Shown here: in pieces, positions 12,601 to 25,840 of the stretch
How the letters are laid out: the number at the start of each line of letters is the position of its first letter
Position numbering within the stretch: position 1 is the first letter of the stretch
Assembly (NCBI RefSeq): GCF_009914755.1
Contig: NC_060933.1
From: the human T2T-CHM13v2.0 reference genome, Homo sapiens
Reading direction: 5' to 3' (one strand)
Length of the DNA stretch: 64,000 nt
Made by a program: the position numbers and the translations under genes
The notes under the pieces: generated by a model
The model's database searches: none
Seen by the model: only the letters and a program-made list of their open reading frames with translations
What the model was told of the DNA's origin: nothing

Positions 12601-15600
12601 CCCATGCAGATGTTACATATGAGGAATATACATAGAGTGCGCAGACACACAACCTTCCTTCTAGCTGACATCTGGTATAAATGACTCACCAGTCAATCGG
12701 TTTATGTCCACATGGGGAAGACTTCTCGTTTTTTTTTCTTTCATAATATCAGTCATGTATGCTGCCCTTCAATAGCATAAACATCTACCTCACCGTGAAA
12801 TATTTTTTACATTCACCCCTAAAAGGAAGAGCCCTGTACTCTGTGACAAGGCTGAGAAGGCATGATCTGATTCCAGGGCTCAGCAACATGACACACAAAC
12901 CCTTAATATCTGGAACTGAAACGTTCTTCCTGAGTGTTTCATTAAGTATATCATCTGCTTGCATTTGGCACTCTTCCACTAGCTGGGAACCTACAAAAAT
13001 TGATGTGGGATGACAGCTGAGTTGGCGCTGCCAGACAAGCTTCCTCACTCGAGAACAGGCTGGGGGAAGGGCAGGCGGGCGGCAGCTGTCACGTTACAGC
13101 TGCCACCACACAGACACGCACTTCAGATTTCACTCACGTCCCCTGACGGAGGGAGGCACCAGCCACAGGCCACATGACCGCTGAGGCTCCAGCTCATCCC
13201 ACTCATCCTTGTCCTGGTGAGACAGAGGCGGACACTTTCCTGGGGAAGTCCCACCCCACCCTCCCAAGGAATCTTTAAACTCCTCTTAGCGCGAGCCCTC
13301 CTCTGCTGTGTATACCTGCTGGCCTCTGGGCCTGATATTCCAGCCACCTGCCCACTGCTGATGGGGAGAAGGCCCTGCTTTTCCCAGCTCTGGCCACTGT
13401 CAGTCAGTCTGGAAAAATGCTCCTCCACAGGCCAGCCTGGGTCACAGCGTGCTCCAAGCCTGGGGAGCACAGGACCTCAGAGGCCCTACTGAATCTTGCA
13501 TCACCCCAAAGGTCCTTACACTCTCATTCCTCCTCCACTAGCGGGGAGCCTCCTTCCTAGCTTGCTTTCCTCACCGTCAATGTCATGTATATTAATATCA
13601 GAAGGAATATTAGGGGGCAGAGGGAGCAATGAGACCAAGGGTGCTCGACAAACTTATCCAGAAAGCCCCCAACACCTGCAGGGGCCTCATTCCATGCTGG
13701 CTGATTCCCATCATTCTCATCTATTCTGCAGAGAAGGTCACTGTTCTGAAGACACTTGACGGCACTCCCTTACGTTTGCCAGAGGGGTTTAAAATCAGTT
13801 GCTCTGAGACCCAAATCACCATCTTAGGCAGGTGTCTTTGAACATCCAATTGGCTTACACCCAACAATTCTATACAATAGGTCAAATCATTGTTTCCTGG
13901 GGGTTTAATTTGCAACTAATTTCTCTTACAGGGTTCACCAGAAAGCTCCCACTGTTTAAAATGAAATGTACCAGGGTGCTTTGTAGAGATTTTTCTATGT
14001 GGTGGATGACCTGAAATGGTGGTTTTGAATAATGTCCAAGCCGAAATGACTGCAGCCATTCTGTGTGCCCGTAGTCAGCCAGGGTCTGCAGGTGGGAGTG
14101 GACACAGGGCAGCCTGCTGAGGAAGCCACCAGGCCATCTGTCCACAGGCTGCATGAAGCGACTCCACTTTCAGGAGCATCTGAACCCCTCCCCTTCCCTC
14201 ACACCCAGGATGAACTTTCCTGTTTCTCGCCTGGATCATAAAGTCTGAGCTTAGCTGGTACTCATGGTTGAAGCCTGCTCAACAGGGAGAAATAGCACAT
14301 AGCTGGGACAGCCTTGCAGCCTGTCCAGCCCTTGGGTGGAGGGTCCTTAACTCAGGCCTGAGGCCTGTACGTGTGCAGAATTCTGTGATCATGTACATAG
14401 GAGCCCAGAGCCTAAATAAAGCAGCAGTTCTTTAAAAAAATTTGGTAATTCAATGAACACTTAGATGAGAGTCTAAAGCCCTTATCTCTATAGTACCAAC
14501 TGGCTCCTCATCTCCTAATGTTGGACAGACACAGAGTGTCCACTGATGTGCTGGCTCTGGGCCAAGGTTGGAGCCTGCTGGTCCCCACCTCCCCAGCAAT
14601 GGCCTTTCTTTCAGCTCCTCATTCAACACCCAAAGGCATTCAAGGTTGGGCCTAGATCTCCCCTCCTTCTACTGTAGTCTCTTAATCACCCTGGAGAAGA
14701 ATTCTGTCCCTTTGGTACCCCAATGTAGCACTAATTATCTGTCTGATTCACATGTCAATTAATCACCCAAGGCCTTAAGACATTGCCAGTGCTGGCTCTA
14801 ACTGCCCTGTGACTCTCCATATCTACCGGCTTATCCTGGACTAATTTTCTTGCTTGATCCAGGTTTGAGAGCAGAGGCTCTATGTGATCAATCTGTGTGT
14901 CTGCCTGGTGTCAGGAGGATTTCAATGAGCTCAATAGTCTGAGTCAGGGAAATGGGAAGCTGACAGGCAGGAGGTGGGTGGGAGCAGGTGAAGGTTCAAC
15001 AACTCCAGATAGTCCTGTGGGTACAGTCCAAGCCCCTTAGGGGGCTCAGAAAGCCCTTTATGAACTAGTCATCGAACATCTTGGCAGCCACGTCTCCCCT
15101 CTGTAAGTTCTTGAAGCTGCAGCCATGCCGGCCACAGGCTGTATCTCCATTTGCAAGCCATCCTTTCCCTCTTCTCTACATGACACCCACCTCTGAGTTA
15201 ACTTCAGGACCCAACTCAGGTGTCAGCTCAGCACCTACGAAACCACTGGTGGGTCCCCAGAGCCACTAGCTAGTCCTCTCCTCCAGGTCTGAGCTTGGGC
15301 TGCTGCCTAGACAGCCCCTTCCCTCCTGGCCTGCTCATCTTTTAAGACTTAGGCCAAGCTCCAATTCCTTGGAAGCCTTTCCTGCCTCCTTTTCCCCTGG
15401 AACCTGAGTGATCGAAATACCTCTGTGGAGGTCCCCACAGCGCAAAGTAAAGCCCAAGACATGTCAGACCTGAGTCCACATCCACTGGGGCTTGGATCTC
15501 ATTTATGTCAATCTCTGGACGCCCAGTGTAGAAGCTGGCACAGGAGGGTACAAAATGACTGCAGAGTGGGCAAAACTCCTAAAGTACTGCTACCCCAAGT

Positions 15601-16386
15601 TATCTCATCTTTGTGGTTGGCCTTCTGGGCTGTCCAGCTCCACCACCTCAGGACTGGAACCCTGTACCTCTCACATCACAGAGACACGGAGGCCGAGGCA
15701 CTCTGCTCCATCACCCCAGGGCAGATGGCCAGCTTATCAAACAACAGCTGTCCAGGGCGACAGCAGCTTCTCACTGTGTGACAAGGGCAAGTGGCAGAAA
15801 GGACAACAAGGCCCTGGGGGCCTGAGGCCCAGGAGGAGACCCTGCTAAGGGGCAGAGGGCCCTGGGATGGGATGGGGATGAACAAGAGTGATGCTTCTTC
15901 CTGGCTTGTGGTACCCACTGTGTCCAACCGAGCAAGCAGAGGCAGTGGCAGGACAGCCCGTGTGACAGGCACTTGCTGCATTCTGCTGTGGTGGAGCTGC
16001 TTTCTCTTGTAAAGTGCCGCCGTGCCCAACTGCCTGCTTGTAAAGGGGAGCGCGACGGGGATTTACAGCATTCCTGTTGCTCTGAGCTCTGAGTTACGAT
16101 TCCAAGGCACCAGTGGCCGGGAGCAGGCAGCTTGGAGGGAGGAGGGAGGAGGGAGGGAAGCACTAGGGCCAGGGCCCCAACACAGTACTGAGCTGGACCG
16201 CTATCCTGCTGGCCTGGGCTTCCTGACCACCAAGGACTCCATAAACGGTAAACTTCCCAGAACTGCAGGCGCCCCAGAGACTCACAACCTCCCCCACCAC
16301 CCTCAGGGCCAGATACATGGTCTCTGCATCGCCTGTTTTCAAATCCAGGAAAGCACATGTTCTGATGGTCTCAAAATCCTATTTTG

Positions 16387-16680
<294 letters not shown>

Positions 16681-18789
16681 TCGAAATCCTATTTTGAATG
16701 CTTATTTTTCAGGGACAAACAGGAAATCCAAATGATTAATATGTTTGCAGCCATTAAACTGACTTCAAAGGCAAGGATGAGATGGAAGCAGAGGAAAGGC
16801 CCATTTTTCATCCAGTTTCAACCAGCTCTTCCCAAGAGCCAAGCTCTGTGCTAGGCTCTGGGGAACCCACTGTGAGTCACTCAGGCCCTGCCCAGGCTGC
16901 TGGAGGAACTCAAGAGCAAGGCAGAACAAGAGGGAGGAAGTCCCTGCGGGATCACAGAGCCCTGGGGAGCCCCTCAGTGAGGAGGACAGTGAGCGTTTAC
17001 ACAGGAAAGCAAGTGGGTGATGGGGTGCTGCTGGACCCTGGGAACCCTATAGGGTGTGGGATTTGAGGAAGGCCTGGAAAGTCTGGGCTCAGATCTGAGG
17101 AACCCAGTGGAGATCTCTGAGCAGGAAAGTAACATGATCTAGCCAGGCCTGGGAAACTCATCAGGGGACAGTGAGGAGGGATCTGTGAAAGGCTGAGACT
17201 AGCAGGCGAGCTGATCTCACTCTGTTCTCAAACCTCCTAGCTTCTCTCCTCCCTGAGGTCTCTCTCCTGCAAGGGGTGAAGGAAGCCTGCTGCAGACTCG
17301 GGGTGACCAGGAGCTCAAATGGCTGCTCCACTTTATTCAGCTGATGCACATGCAAAATGACAGCTGTTTCAAATACACTAAAAAAAATTATTTAAAGGTA
17401 TATATGCTACAATTAGGCCCAATTCGAAAGTAGGCTTCTGTGGAAAGATATCCCCTAGGGAGGCTAGTGTGACTTGAGCTCACAAACAGGTTTCTGGAGT
17501 GCTGAGTGGAAGCTGCAGACACCAAGCGCCGCATACTGAGTGGAGGTCTGACAGAGACTGGGGACAAACAAAGGCAGCCGAGGCAGCAGCCCAACCACCA
17601 GCAGCACGTGGGAGGCTTCTGTGTTCTGGGAGATTGTGTCCCTGTGTGCATCCAGCGTGTCTTTGTGTGACTGCCACCACTACCAGGACAGGTTAGCACT
17701 AAAGTCACCTTAGGATCTGGCTGAAGCCTTGACTTCAGAGATGGAGAAACTGAGGCATGCCTTGTCCAAGCTCAAACCGGCTGTCGGAGGAGCTGCAATT
17801 CACTCCTGCAGCCTCCAGCTCATGACTCTCTCCACTAGTCACCCCATGCCCTCTACCCCCAGCCCTGTTCTATTTGGCCATTCAGAGATTTACAAGATTC
17901 CAGTATGAATCACAGCTTTGTGAAGGCTGACAAGAAGAGCCACGAGGCTGGGGCACCACACCTGAGTGGGTGGTTTCCATTCCTTTCCACAGGCCCAGGG
18001 CTGGGTCCTCAGGACTTGCACAGGTAGCTTCAAGGAGACAACAGAACGGATGTCCATCCCTCCCACAGGCAGTGGAGAGAGAAAAGAGAGGGAGCGAGAA
18101 GTCAGCGAGAATTGCTGCTGCTGGCAGACCAGGCCAGGCCAGACCACAGCTTGAACAACTGAAGGAGACCCCAGGCCTAAGCTCTTTGCTAAAGCAGGGA
18201 CTCTCTAACCATGGGACCATCTGTCCCAGAGCCATGGAGCCATGTATTACAGTGCAAGTTCTCGGGCTTCAGTGAGGGCCTCTACAGGATGGGGCCTAGG
18301 AATCCGCATTTTCACCACTGCCCACGACCTTGCCCTTGTTTCCCCATGTTGACCATGGTACCAACTGACCCTGGAAGGCCCTGCACTCATGGATCTTCAG
18401 GGCAGCCTGCCCTTCACCTTGACCCAATGTGGTGAGCAGAGCCAGGGGGCGGGGGCATTCTCCTGAGCCTCCCATCCTCTGCACTGTGTGCTGATTCCCA
18501 GGTGGCGCTGTTCCGAGGCCGGGTGGGCTGATTCTGTCTGCAACGCTGGGCTAACCTGTACAGTCCATTGGGAAATGCAGTGTGATTTGGCCTCCAAAGT
18601 CTTTGGGGGCTGCCCCTCAATTCAGTCCTATAAAGTGCATGGCATTTGGCCCTCGGAAGCCCCTCAAGGCTGAGAGGCTTTACTTGCCACATAGGAGCCC
18701 CAGAGCCAGTTGGGGTTGAGGGATCTCACAAAATGAACCAAAATACTGCCCTGCAGGTGCCAAAGCCTGGCTTTTAGTCAGGGTGCTGG

Positions 18790-18960
18790 CAGAGTGCTTT
18801 AGTCCTGGTTTCCTATGTGACTTCGGGAAAGTCCCTTAGCCTCTCTGAGACCTCATCTCACCATCTATACAATGGAGATAGCACCACGTGTCCTGCCTGT
18901 CTCGCCAGGGTGGTGTGAGAATCCAATCAGCAGGGATGTGCTTGGTATGTAAACGCATGG
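18790..18960 (+). mobile_element. MIR
   Basis: tgtgacttcgggaaagtcccttagcctctctgagacctc...catctatacaatggagata core. Confidence 0.65.
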
Positions 18961-19969
18961 GGCACTGTTACATGGCTTTTTGCTCTTCCTTTTTTCTTTA
19001 TTTTAAGCATCAGGGAAAAGTTAATTCTTTTTTTCGGTTTCAGAGACCAAGTCAACTCAGAGGTAAATGGACATTCTTTTTCAGCAGCAGGCAAGAAAGC
19101 ACTTGCATGGCTGATACCTGGCTTGCCCCTTTCTCCTCTGAAAGGCAGGGGTCCTTAGGTAGGCAACTCTGAATGGCTCTTTGGTAATCCTGAAATCTCA
19201 AGTGAGCCTGTGTGTTTACATCAGTACTTACAAAGGGAGACGGAACCACCCTTGTCAGGAGAGGAGATAATCGTCAAGCACACCTTCCTGGCAAAGGCAC
19301 CATCGTGTAATTAAGGACGATAATTACAGCTCCATGGCTAGTGTCAAACCCAGGGCTCTGTCCAGACACAATTATGCCTTTCCTCACCCTGAATGGGAAG
19401 ACATGCAAGGCTCTTTGTGGGCTGGGGAGAGCCTGGCCAGTTCTGTCCTTCAGACAAGGATGGCTTCTCCAGGCCAAGCCCTTTGGACGCTTTGACCTGG
19501 AAGCCATGTCCAGGCGGGTTGGGTTCGATACTCTCCAAGTTAGGTCTTCTGCGGTCCTGCCTCGCTGCATGGTGAGACCAGGTGCCAGGGACACTGAGGC
19601 ACAAGCAGCCTCTTAGAGTGGGAGGAGACTGGCTGGCCACAGAGGGTTAGGGTTAGTTCCCTTGGAGGCCACATCCTTGCTGGCAGAAAGGTTCTCTCCC
19701 AGCGTCTACCATGGAGTTAGAACAATGACTTGAGCGCTTGGCAGTTCACCCACACTTACCCGCTGAGACCTCTGTAGATAACAGCCCAAAGGAGATGAAC
19801 AGGAGAGAAGAGAAAAGGCCATCTGCATCCTCCCCATGAGCTCCAGAGAGCACGAGTGGTGGTGAGTGACTTTCATCCACCCTGATCCCACCTCACAGGA
19901 CCTGGCTCTGAGCACAGACTCTTTTTAATGGAAGGGAGGGGAAGGGGACAGGGACTGATGTGATATAGC

Positions 19970-20150
19970 AAAGAGACCCTAGCTCAAGCCCTGGCACTAC
20001 AGCTGGCTGACCCTGGGTGGGTCACTTCGATTCTCTGGTTTTCCAGTTTGTCTATCTTAAAAAAAGGATAGCAAGGACTGCCTCCAGGGTTGTTCTGAGG
20101 ATGAAATGAGATGTGAGTAGTCAGCAAAAGGAGAAATAAATATAAATGGT
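19970..20150 (+). mobile_element. MIR
   Basis: tgaccctgggtgggtcactt...cagtttgtctatct...agggttgttctgaggatgaaatgagat. Confidence 0.65.
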
Positions 20151-23100
20151 GATAGCAATAACCCCACACATATAACTGAAGGCCACAGTCTTGGAAGAAA
20201 TTAGAGAAATGCCAACAATCTGACAATATTAATTAGAAATTTCTACAAAGCCATACGTGTCCTGAAACAAAGAAGTTTTCCTCCTAAATGCTTAAACAGA
20301 GAGGTGGAAAAGCCATCACTCCCTGCAGAGGACCTAGAGGACAGGAACCCTGACCGACCTGGACAGGGTTCCTACAGGGGAAGGCAGGGCAGGAGGCCTT
20401 GCTTTGAAAGAGCACTACCGAACCACGTGAAACACATAAGAAGGCATCCTAGTGACTGGAAGGGGCCCTGGGCTAGGACTTCAGCTCAGGCCACCATTCA
20501 GGGGACAGTTGTGAGAACCCTCCTCCCACACCCTCCTCACCCTAGCCCCACCACCATCTGTCTAGTCCCCCAACCTAGCTTGGCTCTAAAATTCTCTCTC
20601 TGTGAAAGAAGATTTCCAGAGAGGGGAAAGGTTCTAATGCCCAAGTTCAAGCTTTTCCAACAGCATCACATACAGTTCAGTTAAAAAGTGAGCTAAAACC
20701 AGACTGTGAATTTTAACTGCAGTACTAGATCCTGCAGACTCCAGGACCCTGCATCAAGTTCCCTGGGGTGGAGACCGTGAGTTTTAAGATCCACCCTGTC
20801 TCACCCCAAGAAATCACACATTTCTGCAAATTTGGGAGCCAGACCCAGGGCATAGGGCTGGGGCCCAAAAGGCAGCCAGAAACTTTTTATTAGTACGGAG
20901 CCTTGGGAATTTACAACAAATCTTGGTCCAGATGAAAATTAGTTTCAAGTCTAGGGGTAAACAGGCTGGGCTATTAATAAGGACCAAGCCCTTCCTCCTA
21001 ATTTCTGGGTGTAAATTAGACAATAATTAAAAATATTGTCTAGTTTCCTCTGAGGATCAGCTGGAGGACAGCTCACTTTGCATGGCAGCCTGGGCTGTGC
21101 TGGGGATGAGAGTGAGAAGGGGGCAGGGATGGGCGAGCCAAAGGCATAGGGACCTGCCCCAGGTGGGTGCTTTTCACAATTCTGAGTCCCCTTCAGCTAA
21201 ACACAGGACCTCCTTGGGTTCTGTCCTAGGCTGAGGCCTCTACTTCCTTCCAACTCCACCCTTGAACCCTGGGGCTAGGCCATGCCCCTCGCTGCAACCG
21301 CTTCCACCACCCTTCCCACCCAGTCCTAACCAACATCCACCCCTAACCAAGCAGAATGGGCCACATCCTCCCCGCGGCTCCCCGTCCCACGAGGGCAGGG
21401 TTCTACACCCACACATGACAGCAGTCATAAGCCACATCCCAGTGGACAGCCCTCCTGAGGGGAGGGCCAAGGTGGGCTCCACCTCCCAGCCCCTGTGCTC
21501 GTTGCAGTGCCCAGAACAGCAGGGCTTCCATGGATTCTCCACGAAGACCCTCCAGAGCTTCACCCTGAAGGGGAGGACAGGAGCATGGGGCCGGGCTGCC
21601 CCTCCTCTATCTTACATAGCTCTGACACTGTCCCAACTGTACTATGTCCCTCAGTGCCCACTGGAGCAGGCCACTCAGTGGCTCAGCACTAACCCTTCCC
21701 CCAGTAAAGACTCACTCAGCAGAAACAGTTCTCCGTAAGGTAAAGGACACAGCACAGAAATGGAAGCAAATCCTAGAAGAGGTCAAGGAAGGGAGGATGC
21801 TGTCGCCCACCGGCTGGTTCCCAATTGTGTGGGGTGGTGAGGCTGTTGCTGGGGGCCTCCTGGCTCCAGGCCTCTGCTTCTGTTACTGGGGAGGGCAGGA
21901 GCTGGCCCGGGGGATCTATCTCAGGCCCATGTGCTTCCCTCAGCCCAGGGTCCATCCGGCCCATTGACTGCCTGCCCTGCTCCTGCCTGGGCTTTGGAAC
22001 ACAACTCCCAGGTTCCTGGAGGTGCTCCCAGGCCCCCAGCTGTTGCGGAAGCCTCTGCTCCAGGTTTCTTACTGGAAAATGGAAACAACCCAGGCGCTCC
22101 CTCCCTGGGCCTTAGGGAGGCTTAGGAGAGATGCTGTGAAGGGCATGAGAGCACAGGGCTTCAGTAAACACCACCTGAGCAGAAAACTGAATGCCAGCTG
22201 GCCTGGTTCTGCCTTGAGCCACAGGCACCTGGGGAAAGCAGCAGATCGGGAGCCTGAAGCATGCAGAGGCTTCTGGGGAAGGTGAACCTGAGCTGCTGGG
22301 GGCTGCGTGGGACTCGGAAGGGAAGGGCCGCGGTGGAGCTGAGTGAATAAAGATCTGCTGAGGAGGTGGGCGCCCCCCAGCCCACCCTCCCAGGGCTGTG
22401 CTGGCAAAGGTGGGGGGACCAGGCCAGAGGTGTTCTGAACTGGGCAGCAAGAGGCTAGAGCTGAAGGCAGGCATGATGAAGGCCATTCACTTCAGGAAGT
22501 TGAGGACTCCAGAACCCAGCCTGAGGGGCAGAGGGTGGGGAAGGGGGACCCAGGGGCCAAGAGAGGCCCACTAGGGCAGCATGAAGACTTGGAAGGCCCC
22601 CGACCTGGTGAGGAGTTGCCAGAGAGGGTAGCTTCACGGAGGGCTGTGTGGCTGGGGGCACGGGCACATGAGTGCATGTGCCAGCGTCCACGCAGAGACT
22701 CGAGGCTTAGCAGATGGGAAGGAACACGGCCACAGGCCAGCAAGTGAGAGATCAGCTGAGGTGCCAGGGACAGGATACACACTGCCCCATTGGCCAGGGC
22801 AGAGGTGAGCCGGCCCAGCAGGCATGAGACCCAGTTCTGGGAGCTGAGAGATTTGTGGGGGATGTTTACTCACCATGTGCACACATCATTCCACCAAAAC
22901 CAGCAAGTTCTGGATGAGGGGACATTCTTCACCAGAAAGTTCCAGGCCAAAACCTCAAACACAGGGCACCGACAGTCTGAGCACAAGACACCCTGGCCCC
23001 GGCCTGTCCTGTCATCCTGCCCTCCAGGGGTTCCCAGTCTAGCAGATACATCACAGTGGACATGGTGAGGGCTGTGACGGCATATGGACAGAATGGGGTG

Positions 23101-24979
23101 ACGTGGGCAGTAGGAAAAGAGAGGCCCAAAAGTTGAGGCTTGGGCTTGGGAGACGGCCCCTCTTTCGGTGCTTTAAGGTGGCCAGGTACAATTACACGCC
23201 TATACCCTGAAAGGGAGAGTGAAGAGGTGGCATTTTATTTCCTTCTGCTCAGCTGCCTGTTTTGGAAAAGGACCACAGCCAGCCCTCACTAACCACAGGA
23301 ACGCAAACGGGCCAAGCTGGCTGAAAGGGAGAAGGCAGGACTCTCCAGGAGATGGGGAAGAGCACTGAACCTGAGGCACCGGCTACATTGCCGCCACCAA
23401 GGGAGGACTCAGACCTGCTGTTACTCAGCATCCCTCCCTTGCATCACCAGGCAGTGATCCCTGTAGGGAGAAGGGGCCAGAAGTCCTGTCAGCCACCAGG
23501 ACTCAGCTTTCTCATCTGCAAAATGGAAATCATCTCATCTGCTTCCTCTCGGAGCCTTAGGGAGAGTCCTGGTATCATATATAAAAGGTACCCTTTAAAC
23601 ACAGACTGCTGTCATCTCTGTAAGTTTCCAGAAAGCCAGCCTGAGCCCTACTTAGAGGAGAGTACTAATTAATTAGTCAAATAATAGGGTGTGGGGCAAA
23701 TCACGGAATCTCCTCCTTCAGGCTTCTGAAAGGCAGGAACTGTGGCCGGCTGTCTCCTTGGCCACTCCCTGCATACTACTCCTCTCCCCAGACCAGAAAC
23801 ACAGGCCAGGACTTCTCATGGTGGCCCCCAGGTCCCTGGAATAGTTTGGGGCCCTCCTCTGATCTGACTCCAGCACCTTCCCTAACACATGAATGCATTC
23901 AATCTCTCCCAAGCACCTAGCTGGCTGCTCCCACCTCAAAGGTGACCACATCTCAACTCTGACTCCTCCCCAGGAACCTCCCTTCCCTACTCAGATAGGA
24001 CAGGCCCCATCAGGTGACTGACTTTCCCATCCTCCCACTAACAGAGGACCCCACTGGTGGTGTCATCCCACCCTCTCCTCTCCCTTCCACACAGCACCCA
24101 CTGGCTGGTGGGCCCTTCCACCACACCTACCCTGACTCCACAGCACCTGACCTGGCCTAGATGATTGCTATAGCCTCGGAACCATAGAACCTGTCTCCCT
24201 GCCTCTTGCTAGGCGCTGCAAGATTCCATCCCACACTCCCAGGCGGGCCTGTTTTCCTAAATGACTTCCTAATCGTGCCACACCCCTGCAGTGTGGGTTT
24301 CCGCAAGGTTTCCACACCCTGCCCAGCACGCAGGGAGCTGGGCGGGTACAGGATGCAGGAGCTTTGCTGCAGATTAATCTGAGTCTCCCTGAGCCTATTT
24401 CAGGACAGGTATCTCCATCAGTTTCTGCACTTTCAGATCTTTTAATGTCTCTCTGGGATTCTGAAATGCAAGGCTGAGGCAGGCCTGGGGAGGTGAACTC
24501 CTCCATTTCACATTCCTATTCCTGTATTTCTACCTTGGGTAAAATGCACGTTTCTCTCACAGCTGCCAGGAAAGACAAGGAGTTAGGGATGTGTTCCGAG
24601 GGGCCTGAGCCCTCGCTGACAAACGCTCAGCAGGACTGCAATCTGTTTGTTGGGCCCTCACATCTATGAGGCTTAGTGCCAGCAGCACGGGGAAAACCAA
24701 TGGCAACCCTCAGGGCCCGTGCTCCTCTACTGGGGCCAAGGACAGAGGAACACACCTGCCAGCCACTGGGCCACAGCTGTCCCCCTTATCCCCAGAAGAC
24801 AGCACTGAGACCATCCTTCCTACTGAAGGTGGCCCTGGCCCTGGGGACAAGTCTCCACTCAGCTCCTGACTTTGAGAAAGCCCCTGAATTCCAGCCCTTG
24901 ATAACCCGGAGCCACAGCATCTAGTAAATGAGTTTCGGGGAATCATGGGTAGGCTACTGCCACCTTGGTCCCTCACTCA

Positions 24980-25093
24980 ACTGTTAACTCCATGAGAACA
25001 ACTTTGTTTTGTTCATGCATAGACCCGGGAGCATAGAACGGTGCCAGCACATGGCAGGTGCTCACAAATAGCCACCCAGTCAATGAATGAATG
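24980..25093 (+). mobile_element. L2 3' end
   Basis: tagaacggtgccagcacatggcaggtgctcacaaata...tgaatgaatg terminus. Confidence 0.65.
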
Positions 25094-25567
25094 CACTGCA
25101 TTTTTCCCCTGACCCAGGCCCTGTGACTTCAAGCAAGCAAGTCACAGCAGAATGGGAGAGGCTGCTTATAGTGAGTATTTGTTTGTTTCCTTTTCTTTCT
25201 TCTCCATACAGACTTGCATTCCTATACTCATTCATGCAATCGGTGAATATTTACTGGGCCCAGAAGAGAAATGAAGATGGGTGAGGACCAGTCCCTTCCT
25301 TCACGGAGCTCTCGGCCCAGAGAGGGAAGGAAAAGAGGCAGAATCAGCTATCCCTATGCAGTCCGCCGGCTGCGGAGACAGAACTGGTCAGAACGCCCAC
25401 CCAACTCCCACCCTGACGCCAAGGCAGCCTCCCTGCCCACCTAGCAAGTGGCTAAACTCAGACTTTCCAGATCTGGCATTCTTTGGAGGAGGATAGGAGG
25501 TCCCTGGGCTCCTGAGGGGCACCCAGGACTCTGTGGACCAGCCCAGGTCCCAGGAGTGAATTAATGC

Positions 25568-25840
25568 ACTCATTCATTCAACCAGTGTTTACTGACAACC
25601 TACTTTGTACCAGGTACTTCAGGTTCTAACAGGGAACAAAACCTATATCTCTGCCCTTGTGAAGGCCACATCTCAGCAGTGAGACAGACAACAAACAAGG
25701 GAAATGTAAAAAAAGTATGTAATATGCTAAATAATGACAAGTGTTAAGGAACAACATCAGAGAGGTGGGGGAGGGGTGGAAATGTAAGATAAGTGGCCAG
25801 AAGGCCTCCCTGAGGAGGTCATTTTGAGTCAGGACCTCAA
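25568..25840 (-). mobile_element. L2 3' region
   Basis: cattcattcaaccagtgtttactgacaacctactttgtaccagg...aaggcctccctgaggaggtcattttgag. Confidence 0.75.

Noticed and set aside
19644-19656. Telomere-like gggttagggttag
   Set aside because: Only two units.
20343-20373. 10-bp-arm hairpin aggaaccctg...cagggttcct
   Set aside because: Expected by chance in 64 kb and too short for a pre-miRNA.
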